Positions 52,968 through 64,000 of a DNA stretch of 64,000 nucleotides are shown here, in pieces. The DNA is from Callorhinchus milii (Eukaryota), in assembly GCF_018977255.1 (NCBI RefSeq), contig NW_024704743.1:102178001-102242000 (forward strand), given 5' to 3'. The position numbers were made by a program, and so were the translations under genes. Every line of letters starts with the position of its first letter. Within the stretch, counting starts at the first letter, position 1. Under the pieces are notes generated by a model, which was not told where the DNA came from, made no database searches, and saw only the letters and a list, made by a program, of their open reading frames with translations.

Positions 52968-55327
52968 CTGTCAGCCTGATTCATTTGGTAGCACTATCAT
53001 CTCTGAGTCAGAAGGTTGTGTCGGAAACTTTGAACTTACAGTCGAGGTTGACATTCATGTACAGTGCTGGGGAAGCTCTGCATTATCAGACGTGCCGCCC
53101 TTGCCTCCGCTAAATCGTCGTTCTACTCCAAGACAATCTTGGAGGCTAAGGACAACCCCAGGCTCCTCTTCTCCATCAAAAAACGACTTCTCCGCCCATC
53201 CTCTCACACCTTACCCATCCTCACCTCAAATGCCAACTGCGAGGCGATGCTGGACTTCCTCGAATCCAATTCAAATCCAAAGTCGAGGGAAAATCCGCTC
53301 AGCTGCCTCTGCTACTCTACCCCCACATTTCCTCCTCCCACCCCAGCCCCTACCCACCCCTTCCTTCACACTTTTGAACCCGTCTCCCCCTCCTCTCTCA
53401 ACACCACCATAACTAGTATGAAACCCACCACCTGCTCCCTCGACCCCTTCCCTAACTCCCTACTTACTTCCCAGCTCCACCTCTACTCACTAACATTGTT
53501 AACCTCTCCCTGTCCTCTGGTACTGTTCCCACCCTTTAAAAAACGCTTTCATCATTCCTATCCTAAAAAACCTTTCCTGAACCCTTCTCTACTCCCAAAC
53601 TGCTGCCTCATCTCCAACCTCCCCTTCCTCTCTAAGGTCCTGGAATGAGTTGTTGCTTCTCAGCTTTGCTCCATCCTCTCCTGCCACTCCATTCTCGAAC
53701 CCCCTCCAATCGGGCTTCCGTGCCGCCCACAACACAGAAACTGCCCTGGTCAAAGTGACAAATGTCATTCTGTCCGTCTGTGACCAGGGCTCCCTCTGCC
53801 TTCTCGTCTTCCTTGACCTCTCTGCTGCTTTCGATACCGTCGACCACTCTATCCTCATCCACAGTCTCTCCTCTCATCTCAATCTCCACTGCGCTGTCCT
53901 TGATTGGTTCAGATCATACCTCTCACTCCGCCTGCACTTCATCTCGTCAAACGGCTTCTCCTCTAGCCCCTGGACCATCTTGTCCAGTGTTCCTCAGGGC
54001 TGTTTCCTTGGTCCCCTCCTCTTCAACATCTATATGCTTCCTCTTGGTGACATCATCCGTAGACATGGGGTCAACTTCCACATGTATGTGGATGACACAC
54101 AACTGTACCTCTCTGCCTTCACCCTTGACTCCAGGATCTCTGCTGTGCCGGCAGAATGCCTGTCAGACACCAAGTCTTGGATGAGAGATAACTTTCTTTA
54201 GTTGAACGTCAACAAGACCGAGGCTCTCCTGATTGGCTCCCGTCAGCGCCTCTTCACCTCAGGCGCTGACAGCATCACCATCCATGGATGCACACTCCAC
54301 CTCACTGAGCCAGTCTGGAACCTTGGGGTCTTTGTTGACCCTCACCTATCCTTTCTACCCCACATCTGTGCCATGACCTGCTCTGCCTTCCCCCACCTCA
54401 GCAATGTCGCCGGACTCTGACACTGTCTCACACCGCAGGCCGCCGAAACCCTCATGCACGCATTCATTACATCGAGGCTCGACTATTCAAAATCACTGCT
54501 TGTTGGCCTTCCCAACTCTTCCCTCCACAAGCTGCTGATCATCCAGAACTCTGCAGCCCATGTCCTCTCCCGCACTCGGCTCCACGAACCTATCACCCCC
54601 ATCCTTGCCCAACTCCACTGCCTTCCCATTACACAGAAGATACAGTTCAAGATACTGGTTCTCACCTTCTAAACCCTCCATGGTCTTGCTCCCTCCTACC
54701 TCTCTGACCTCCTAACCCTCTACCACCCTGTTTGCTCCCTCTGCTCAGCAGGCTCGGCATGCTTCACGGTCTCCCGCTTTGCTTGCTCCACTATTGGCAG
54801 GTGGGCCTTCCGCCACTCTGCCCCCACCCTCCGGAACTCTATCCCGCAGTCTCTCCATCTCGTCCCCTTCCTCGTCACCTTGAAGACCCACCTCAAGACC
54901 CTCCTCTTCGACTGTGGTTTCGATCTCCCTGCTTCCCCGCCCCTCCCCCTTTCCCACCTTGACCCTCGGCTCAGGTCCATAACTCTGTCTGTTCAGCGCC
55001 TTGGGACGTCCTCCCGACATGAAAGACACTATACAAATGTAATTTTGTTGTTGTTGTTGTTGTTGTTAAACCAAAGTCTTATCTGTTCAGGTGGACATTA
55101 AAGATCCCATGACACTTTTCAAAAACAGATGTGAGTTTCGCCCTGTTTCCTGATCAGTGGATCCCCAGATAAAATCGATTATTCGCTTCATAACTTTTTG
55201 TGGGACATTGGTTTGTGCAAGTTGGCTGCCACGTTTGCCTGCAAATACACACTTCCTGTGGAGCACTTTGAAACATTTCGACAACACGGTGATATGTAAC
55301 ATCAAATGCAAATAAAGGATTATTATA
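52968..55327 (+). mobile_element. DeuSINE-like copy split by a 2-kb L2
   Basis: Head tgtcagcc...ctctgagtcagaaggttgtg up to about 53100; resumes at gttaaacc...ctgttcaggtggacattaaagatcccatg after the L2 tail. Confidence 0.8.
53090..55067 (+). pseudogene. Longest L2 copy in the window (about 2 kb), decayed ORF2 with full RT domain
   Basis: DNPRLLFS, KPTTCSLDP, ISNLPFLSKVLE, QSGFRAAHNTETAL, DLSAAFDTVDH, VPQG..LGP, YVDD; several stops and frameshifts; (TTG)n tail. Confidence 0.95.
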
Positions 55328-56019
55328 CTGTCAGGCTTCATCAGGAGCACTTGTGTTTATCATTCAGCAATGTCAAAAGTATTCATCCAGATATCTCAGC
55401 TTTACTTAGCAAAACAAATACCTTTCTTGTGTCTGCAGCATTAATTAGGGAACTAGCGAGGATTCCTTGCCTGTCACTCTGTCCACGCACTTATCCATGA
55501 TACAGCACTCCAACAGCTTGAAGGAAAAAGACTTTCATGCCATTAAATTACACCAGAATTTTCAATGAATGTTTCTGCCAATATGTCCCATTCATAATGA
55601 CTCCTTTATTCTTTGCAAACAATGTTGGCATCATACAGTTCTTGGTCAGATATTGTGCCAGAAGCTGAATAAGGCTAATTCTATAATTACCCAGAAACAT
55701 GTCAATTAAACCTTTAAAAGACATTTCCTGTTGCACTGTTATGACACTTATCCACATAAATCACCCTCATGACAAGTTTGAATAGAAAAATAAATGCTAA
55801 TAGTTGCATAATTATAAGCAATTTTGTTGGATTGTGCGCCCATAAAAACAATTAATTTAAACTAGTTTAACTTTGAAACATGAAATAACAGAGGAACCTT
55901 TCATTATTTGCAAATTAGCAATACAATTGCCCGCAATTACCTGAGAAATGCTTGAGATGTTTTGACTTCATAGAATTTATATTAATTTCAAACATTATAT
56001 TATTATTATGTTATTACAG

Positions 56020-56515
56020 TTTAAATCACTTTGTAGAGTTAATTTCTAAGTGGTTTTCAGTGTTGCTCAGCCAGACCAATAACACTGCCATTTTACATAT
56101 GTTACTTTTCTGAATATGTTTGAGGTTCCTAAAATAGCTACTTTTTGCGGGAGGTTGATATTCTGTTCACCAGGTAGTTTGTCAAGCCATTTTGTAACAG
56201 TCTTATTAACAGTCCCAGTTGCAACGGTGATCATAGGAACTATGTTTGTTTTACATTGCCGCGTACAGCTGCGTTCAATTTGTAGATCTATATATTTCCC
56301 GATCTTCTCTAGTTCCTTATTTCTTATGTTGTAATCACTTGGGATAGCCATATCAATAATACTACATGTTCAATCTATTTGATCCTTTATGATAATATCT
56401 AGTCTGCTACTGATTACTGTCCTATCTATATGTACTTGTGAGTCTCAGATTATTATGTTGTTATTTTTCAATGTCAACTTTGCTGATTGATGTTGATACC
56501 AGTTATTCTTGCTAC
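56020..56515 (-). pseudogene. R4-clade (Dong/Rex6-like) non-LTR retrotransposon 3' fragment with restriction-like endonuclease domain
   Basis: Manual translation: NNWYQHQ...II*DSQVHIDRTVISSRLDIIIKDQID*TCSIIDMAIPSDYNIRNKELEKIGKYIDLQIE...QKVAILGTSNIFRK, matching the PD..D..EK..KY REL pattern. Confidence 0.8.
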
Positions 56516-57427
56516 AATTATTTTAAGATGGATTTGAACAGAGGGCTCAGTTGTGAAAGGGCAATATGATAATTACCTATTTACTAAATTCTAATATTGG
56601 AATGAAAGGGTCTGTAAGGACAGCAGTGTATTTGGTAGTTTGAACAGCAAATCATTAGATGCATCAATAACATGCGTATGAAGAACTATTAAACTATATT
56701 ATTTTCATTATCCATACTGCCATGTTTTACAGAGAATCATGCAATGTAATATTCTTTTTGAATTACTGCTGAGAATATATGAAGCATAAATGTAACATAA
56801 ATATTCTGTGCGTAAGAATCTTTCTAAGTTGTGGGTTCAAGTCCAAAATCAGAACTTTGAACTTATAGGCTCAACTGAGACTTCAGCACAGAGCTGGGGG
56901 CACACTGCATTGACAGAGGTGCTTTGCTTCAGAAGAGAGGCTTTCAGCATATCTTTCCCAGAGAATTGTGGCCTATAAGTCAATATGTGTAAAAGAAGTA
57001 CTGTATTAACGAAACTGAAACAGGAAAAAGCTATAAAATCCCTGGAAATGCAACAAGTGGACAGAATGGTAGTCTCAATTGAATGGATGGAAAACAGCAA
57101 TTTGATGGGAGATGAATTGCTATTAACGGAACAGTAAGAGCCACAAACCTTCAGCCATCACATTCCTTCTAAAGCTACTTAGCTTTGCTATCAGTTGTTT
57201 CAGCTGTGCCTTCTCTAACTTCTAACCTAACGATATTGTATACTGAGCACAGGAGAAATGGGGAAAGGAGGAGGAAGAGTGACATGGTCAAAGAGGTAGG
57301 TTTTTAACTGTAAGAATGGTTGAAGACGTAGGTTTAATCGATATGAACTTAACTATAATGTAAAGGTTAAAGAATAGAGTGATAAGTGATTTCTCTTTGA
57401 GAGATGCCTTTATGAGGAAGGTGCTAT

Positions 57428-57670
57428 ACAACAATAACAACAGCTTGCATTTATATAATGCCCTTCACGCGAGTAGTGAGTAGCTGCTCAACACAATAGT
57501 TTGATGCCGAGCTGAAAAGAAAAAGGAGATGACTGAAAACACGGTCGAAGAGGAGTCTTCAGGTTGATTTGAAGACAGGCAAAAAGGGGGAATGATGGAG
57601 GAATTGAAGCAGGGAGTTCCTGAGGTTTGGAGAATATTGGTTGAAAGCACAGCTATTCAATAGTGGCTCA
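57428..57670 (-). mobile_element. Old L2 3' fragment
   Basis: (CAA)n, gcttgcatttatataatgcccttcacgc tail; gtcgaagaggagtcttcagg. Confidence 0.65.
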
Positions 57671-57704
57671 AAGAGATATCAGCAACCTCATTTATCACAT
57701 TATA

Positions 57705-58520
57705 TCAATCAGCCTCAGCCGCTGACACTATCACCATTCATGGCTGCACTCTTCACCTCACCGAGCCAATCCGAAACTTCGGTATCCTTTTCAACCCTCA
57801 GCTATCCTTCAAACCCCACATTTGTGCCATGATCTTTTCTGCCTTTCCACACCCCACAACATTGCCCGCATCCGCCACATCCTCTCACCACAGGCCACCG
57901 AGACCCTGATCCATGCTTTCTTCATGTCCCGGCTTGACTGTGCCAACTGCCTGCTCACTGGACTTTCCAACTCTTCCCTCCACAAGATGCAGATTATTCA
58001 GAATTCTGCAGCTTGTGTCTTCTCCTGGACCAGACTACAGGAAGCTATTACCCCTGTACTTGCCCAGCTTCACTGGCTCCCCATTCCTCAGAGAATCGAG
58101 CACAAAACCCTTGTTGTTACCTTCAAGGCCCTCCAGGGTCTTGCTCCCCCATACCTCTCCGACCTTATAATTCCATATCAGCCTGTCCACTCCCTCTGCT
58201 CGGCGGACAATGGTTGGCTTCAGGTCCCTCACACTTCCTACCCCACCATTGGCGGTCCAGCATTCAGCATCTCTGCCCCCACACTCTGAAACTCTATCCC
58301 GCAATCCCTCCACCTCATTACCCTCTCTTGCCTCCTTCAAATCCCATTTCAAGAACTTCCTCTTCGATTGTACCTTCGGCCAGCCTCCCACCCCCAGCCC
58401 CACCTCCACTGCACTCCTTCCTTTCTAACCCAAACTCCCAGCTCGGATCCAAAACTCCTGATTGTCCAGCGCCCTGGGATATCTTTCCAACGTGAAGGAT
58501 GCTATACAGGTGTAAGTACA
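57705..58520 (+). mobile_element. Decayed 5'-truncated L2
   Basis: SRLDCANCLL...LHWLPIPQRIE...FKNFLFD; variant stem-loop at 58468-58505. Confidence 0.9.
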
Positions 58521-59269
58521 TTTGCAGGGGGATCCACTAAATAATGAGTTCCAAGATCTTTACCCCCTTCCTCTTTTTCAAATTTCTGTTCTCAAACATG
58601 CTGTTTATGTGAAAGGTTGTAAAACAGAAGCCATGCATCTCTGCTGTATTTTATGAGAGTCCTAAATGGGCTTTTTCACAGACAAGAGCACAGCTGGCTG
58701 GGGCCAGATAGAAGCAAAGTTGGCTTTTAATCCATTTCATCACCTTTAATGTCGAACAATACCTTATTGCATCCATATTTCTCAAAGAGTTTCACAGATA
58801 ATCGATGTCAAGTGTAGCAATTGTATTTTTGTAGGTAAATGCGCAGTAAGGTCCTCGAATCAGCCATGAAATGAATTTATCTTGTGGATTGTTGGCCGGG
58901 CCACTGGAAGAAACTCCCTTCCCTTTATTAATGGTAGCATGAGATGGGGCCTTGGTTTAAATTCTCATGGGGCAGGCACCTTCAATAATGGAGTGCTCCC
59001 ATTGCATTGCACTCAGTCTCATCATGGACTGTGAACTCCACTCACAACAAGAGGCTTGTACCCTTAACCTTCTGACCCAGAGAACTGAACCCCTCTAGTG
59101 TTGAAACACAAATATCTGCTGATAAGTTCTGACCCTCAAATGCTTATTTCTAAACACATCATTGATTTTAGAATAGATATTAATATACATGGGAACATTA
59201 TTATTTAAACTGAATTAAATTCAAAGAAAACTCTATTTTAAAAACACATACAAGCAGCTGGAATCTCTA

Positions 59270-59640
59270 TTCTGCAGTGCATCAATTCCTTTGGTGGAGT
59301 TATGAAGGGTGTCCAGAGACTGTTCACTAGAACTAAATACGCTAACTCTGATCAGAGGATGGATAGTCTGACCTTATATTCTTTAGAGTAGAGGAACTTA
59401 AGGGATGATTTAGAAACATGGAAATTTACGGCACAGCAGTATTTGATTAAAGTATTTTAAATAATGAAAGTAATTGGTTAAATAGTGGGCTACCCTTCCC
59501 TCTGTTAGAATGGAGAATAACCTTAAAATCAGGATTAAGACACTCAGAACTAAGGTAAGGAAGCATTTCCTTATACAAATGGTCGTGATGATGTGGAATG
59601 CTCTGTCCCAGAAGACTGTGGATGTGGAATTAATAGGGAT
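59270..59640 (+). mobile_element. Old CR1 3' fragment
   Basis: gtccagagactgttcactagaac; RKHFLIQMVVMMWNALSQKTV. Confidence 0.55.
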
Positions 59641-59779
59641 GTTAATAATAATAATGAAATGATTATGAATAATAATCATTGCATTTGATACAGTGCCTTT
59701 CATGACATCAAAATGTCTCACAGCTCTTTGCAGACTTGTTTTACAAACTGTATATTTGTAGGCAAATATTTAATACAAA

Positions 59780-60570
59780 TAAATGCCACCCACATCCTCA
59801 CCAGCATCAAAATCTACAGCTTGTCATTCTAGTACTCACCAGTCTCCACTGGCTTCCTGTCTCTTAACAGTTCAACTTCAAGGCCCTCACATTTATCTAT
59901 GAATTCCTTCATACCCCCACCCCTCTCAATCTCCATGATCTTCTCCAACCCCACACCTCAGCTCACCCCATCTGTTTGGAAAACTTGGGCTTACGTTCCC
60001 TGTCTTCTCTGTTCTATCACCAGTAACCCAGCCTTGAGCAACTATACGATCACATCTGATATGCCCTCCCTCTACATTACCCTCTTTATCTGTGTTTTTT
60101 ATAATCCCACCTAAAAACCTACTATTCAACAGCTCCTACGGTCACTTGCCCCTTTCCCTCCAACTTTTATTGTTCATAATCTTTGTCTTCACCTTCAAAG
60201 CCCTTCACCGCCTTGCTCCTTCCTACCTCTGTGGCCTACTAACGCCATACCAACCTGTCCGCTCCTTCCACTCCGCAGGCTCCAGCCTGCTCCATGTCCC
60301 CCGCCTGGCCCAATCCACTCTACCATCGGTGGTCGGGTCCTCAGCCACTCTGTCCCCATCCTTTTGAATTCTATCCTACAATCCCTTTGCCTCGCTCCTC
60401 CCTTACCTCCTTCAAGGCACGTCTCAAAACCCTCCTCTTCAGTCATGCGTTCGGCCACCGTCTTACCCCTACCCTCCCTGCCCTCCACCCCTCCTGATCC
60501 AACCCAATGCTCGGGTCAAAATCCTTGACTGTCCAGAACCTTGGGACGTCATACCAACGTGAAAGGCACA
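59780..60570 (+). mobile_element. Two adjacent decayed L2 3' fragments
   Basis: ctccactggctt and FTFKALHRLAPSYL; FKARLKTLLF; ccttgggacgtc...gtgaaaggcac tail. Confidence 0.75.
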
Positions 60571-60852
60571 ACAAATCAGACATATAATCTGTTGTGGTTA
60601 TTCAGTGCATTATCACGATTTTATTAAGACATTATCCTACTTGCAAAGCGCTATACAAATGCAAGTTGTTGTTATTGTTATTCTGTACAATGTAAAAAAT
60701 TTATCATATAAACTTTTCCTTTAAAATTGACAATTCCTTTCATTTTGTACAAGAACATACCTGCCCAGTGACATTATTGTCTGTTGTCACTTATCTGTAG
60801 AGAATCTCTGTGCATCACTGGATCAATTACTGAACAACATGTGTTAGATTGG

Positions 60853-61206
60853 TGATAATAATGTTTTTTGCATTTGATATAACGCTTTATCATGTCTTCA
60901 AGACATTTCAAAGTGCTTCACAGAATATACTGTAAAGTGAATTGATTGTATATTTTGTGGGCAAAACATGACAACCTACTGCACACATCATGGATTGAAG
61001 TGACCAATTTATTATTATTTTTTTTTGAAGGAATTATCACCCCTGGAAAAGCGATCCACCAATCGACTAACAAATGGGTTCCTACTTGCTGCTAGGTAAA
61101 CAGAGGAGTGTGGAGTAAGGAAACTTCCCCAACATTTCGCCCTGCCGGGAATTGAACCCAGGTCTCTCGCTTGTGAGGCAGGTGCTCTAACCATTGAACT
61201 ACAGAG
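60853..61206 (-). mobile_element. tRNA-headed SINE, second head type, long form
   Basis: Same head and tail as 48348-48667 plus an extra segment ctctgtttacctagcagcaagtaggaacccatttg...ccagggg. Confidence 0.85.
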
Positions 61207-62279
61207 CACACAAGATACATGGTTATTGCTTGATCCTTTGTATGAGCTGATTGCTTACCCTTTATTTCAAAAGAGATTAAACTCTTTCACTTCACTTTGT
61301 TAAGAGAATACAAGAATAAATAATAAAAAATATAGTAATCCAGACATTTGATTTAGCACCTTAGAAGGACATCTCACAGAAAGATTTTACTCTAAAGTAT
61401 ATTTTATAGTCAAAGAATCCAATTTGCTCACAGCAATTTCCTACAAACAGCAATGGAGTGAATTACCAATTTTTTTTAATGAGGATTGCTGTCCAGGACA
61501 CCAGAGAACCTCCCTTCTCCTTTGAAATAGTGATCTTTAACATCCACCTGACTAGGAGACGGAAACTTGGTTTATTGTCTCATCCGAAAGATGGCACCTC
61601 CAATAATCCAACACACATCAGAACTGTATTAATAATAATAATATTTGATGTAGCGCTTTTCACATCTTCTGGACATCTCAAAGCCTTTCACAGAATATAC
61701 TGTAAAGTTAATTGACTGTATATTTGTTGGTGAAACGCGACAGTCAATTGATCACAGCAGTGTCCCATGCCCCCTTCCCTTCATCTTTTGGTGTTCAAAT
61801 CCTCGTCCTCACCTTCAAAGCCATCCATGCGGGCTTGAACCCACAACCTTCTGATTCAGAGGTAAAAATGCTAACACTGAGCCAGGTTGACAAAACTAAT
61901 AATAATAATTAATAATCGGGGACGACATCTCAAAGTGCTTCACAGGATTCACTGTTAAGTGCAGGGACTGTCTATCTTGTAGGTGAACAAAGCAAATAAT
62001 TTGCACACAGGTCAGCACAGGTAGTTGTCAGCAAAGCGCAGGTCAGCATAAATAGTTGTTATATGAATATGATTCACTTTTTTTTAATTTTAGCACAAAG
62101 AACTTCACTGCTGCGTACAGAAAATGGTTCCTCTTACCTCAACACTGGATAGTAAACACAATTAGCTTTAATCTTATTTTTTGCTGTCACACTTAAGGAT
62201 TAATGAGTTGTCACATTTGAACACTGATTGTTAATTGTTTCTGCTTTGGAAGAATAGTGATTAGCTGCGATGGCCTTTT

Positions 62280-62482
62280 TATAATAATAGTAATAATAAT
62301 CCTTGCATTTGATACAGCGCTTTTCAGGTCTTCTTGACTTCTCAAAGCGCTTCACAGAATAGACTGTAAAGTGAATTGACCGTGTATTTGTGGGCAAAAC
62401 GCGGCAGCCAATTGTGCATAGCAGTGTCCCACAAACAGTCGTGGATTGAAAATGACCAATTTATTATTGTTTTGTTTTTGTT
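62280..62482 (-). mobile_element. 5'-truncated SINE body
   Basis: Reverse complement of the 1410-1612 type sequence. Confidence 0.85.
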
Positions 62483-63804
62483 ATCTATTCTTAGTTGAAC
62501 CCAACCATATCAATGTGAAAGTTTAATCTATTCTGCTAGAATCATGGTGGGGTAAAATTTCTCCTGGTTCAGATTTATTCTATTAAAATGTATCATTTCA
62601 GAGAATATGGCAAATTGTTTTCTTCGCTGTTAACTTTGAATCTGGATTTCTGTAGTCATTACAAGTGCAGAAAACTGTCTTCAGTATTAAGGCTATATTT
62701 AAGAATTTGCCACATTTCTGGATGCTCTGAAATGTTACGTTTATGGATAAAGTCTATATGTAGGTCTGTGGAAATTACAAAGCAGTGTGTTGCTGTTGGA
62801 GTACTTTAACTCATTGGCGTTTTCAGATCTGGTTAGGGTACTGATGTTGAGATATGAATTTTGTTTGCTTGATGCATATGGGGTAAATAATGTGATGTTT
62901 CATAATAAGTTCAATGTGATATTTATTGTATCAAACCCATTAAGTAACATTGGAATTTTCACCTCAAGGTTTCTAATGGCTGAAATCAATAAAGGGAGCA
63001 GGAAATCAATCAGTGGATTACTTTTACTTGTTTACTAAGCTGTATAAATTTGTTTCTAAAACATATTTTTCTGTTTATCAAAGTAAGGATTAGTTCCTTG
63101 GAGGGACATCCTTTTTCCTAATTCTGGAGAATATAAAACCCAGATTAGCATGAGCCAAAATTTGGGGACTACAGATAGTGCATTGGGGTACTACTGGAGT
63201 TTAACCAGCTAATATTGCAGACTTTGCCATTGAGAGCACTGTCCAAACTTTCTGCTGCTTGTTTAGCTAGGAGCACTGAAATGCATGAATGCTTAAGTTT
63301 GGAGGGTTAACAGGAGCTGGGTGGGAAGACCTGTCCGCAGTGACCGGTCTGTCCTTCCCAATCTGTTAGCGCTGTAAGTGATCATTAGTCTGTCCTTTTC
63401 ACTTGGAAATCTGCTAATAGCTCCCAGGGCTTAGAGCTTGCTGAAAGTGATCGATTCTGAAGACCTTATTTGGTTTTGTATTATAAAGCATGATCGAGGC
63501 TTAGAGAGGTGCTGTTATCAAGATTAAATCTGGTGAGATGGAGGAGAACAAGAACCAATTTTCTTGAGAGCCAATAGGGTCCTTATCCTTAAGTTACCAC
63601 CTGGGAAATCTGAGAACTCAGCAATGCTTTGGTTTAAAGTCCTGATTAAGGTTACTTGGAGTAAATGGTTCTAGCTGTAGAATGCACTTGTGATTGATTG
63701 GAACAAACCGATAACATTGGAATAGTTCTTAACTCGTGTATGATTTTCTGTATGATTGCACACCAAAACGTGTCAGTCTGGCTCTGTTAGTAGCAATCTC
63801 ACCT

Positions 63805-64000
63805 CTGAGGGTTGAACAATACGCCAAGGTTCTGACTGGCTTGGTGAGGTGGAGTGTGCATCCATGGATGCTGATGCTGTCAGTGCCTAAGGTGTGGAGG
63901 TGCTGCGGCGAGCCAATCAGGAAAGCCTCAGTCTTGCTGATGTTCAACGGTAGAAAGTTGGCTCTCATCCAGGATTTGATGTCTGTCATGCAGTTTGTCA
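63805..64000 (-). mobile_element. L2 internal fragment, continues beyond the window
   Basis: DIKSWMRANFLPLNISKTEAFLIGS. Confidence 0.85.

Noticed and set aside
1..64000. CRISPR arrays, operons, retron-like or other prokaryotic RT systems
   Set aside because: All RT motifs belong to vertebrate-type LINEs; repeats are dispersed retroelements, not regularly spaced arrays

Overview
Eukaryotic, repeat-dense, apparently gene-poor DNA (intronic or intergenic). The repeat content suggests a cartilaginous fish, possibly a chimaera; this is inference from the repeats only. It includes L2-clade LINEs ending in (TTG)n, CR1-clade LINEs, and tRNA-headed SINEs carrying a Deu-domain-like core and an L2-type 3' stem-loop. 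Nearly all long ORFs are fragments or alternative frames of LINE ORF2. No host protein-coding gene, rRNA, genuine tRNA or CRISPR array can be supported. Notable structure: (1) the same palindrome-rich chimeric L2 5' junction at two loci 36 kb apart in opposite orientation; (2) two related solo LTRs with 4-bp TSDs that are approximately reverse complements; (3) young L2 copies in two subfamilies, one sharing a C-terminal frameshift; (4) compensatory changes in the 3' stem-loop shared by L2s and SINEs; (5) an R4/Dong-type endonuclease fragment next to TAA repeats; (6) several nested insertions with readable junctions; (7) a few candidates in unique sequence (a 105-nt exon-like segment, a hairpin, a repeated motif near 51 kb). 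I did not find a convincing new gene system. Boundaries of old repeats are approximate, and all comparisons were made by eye.
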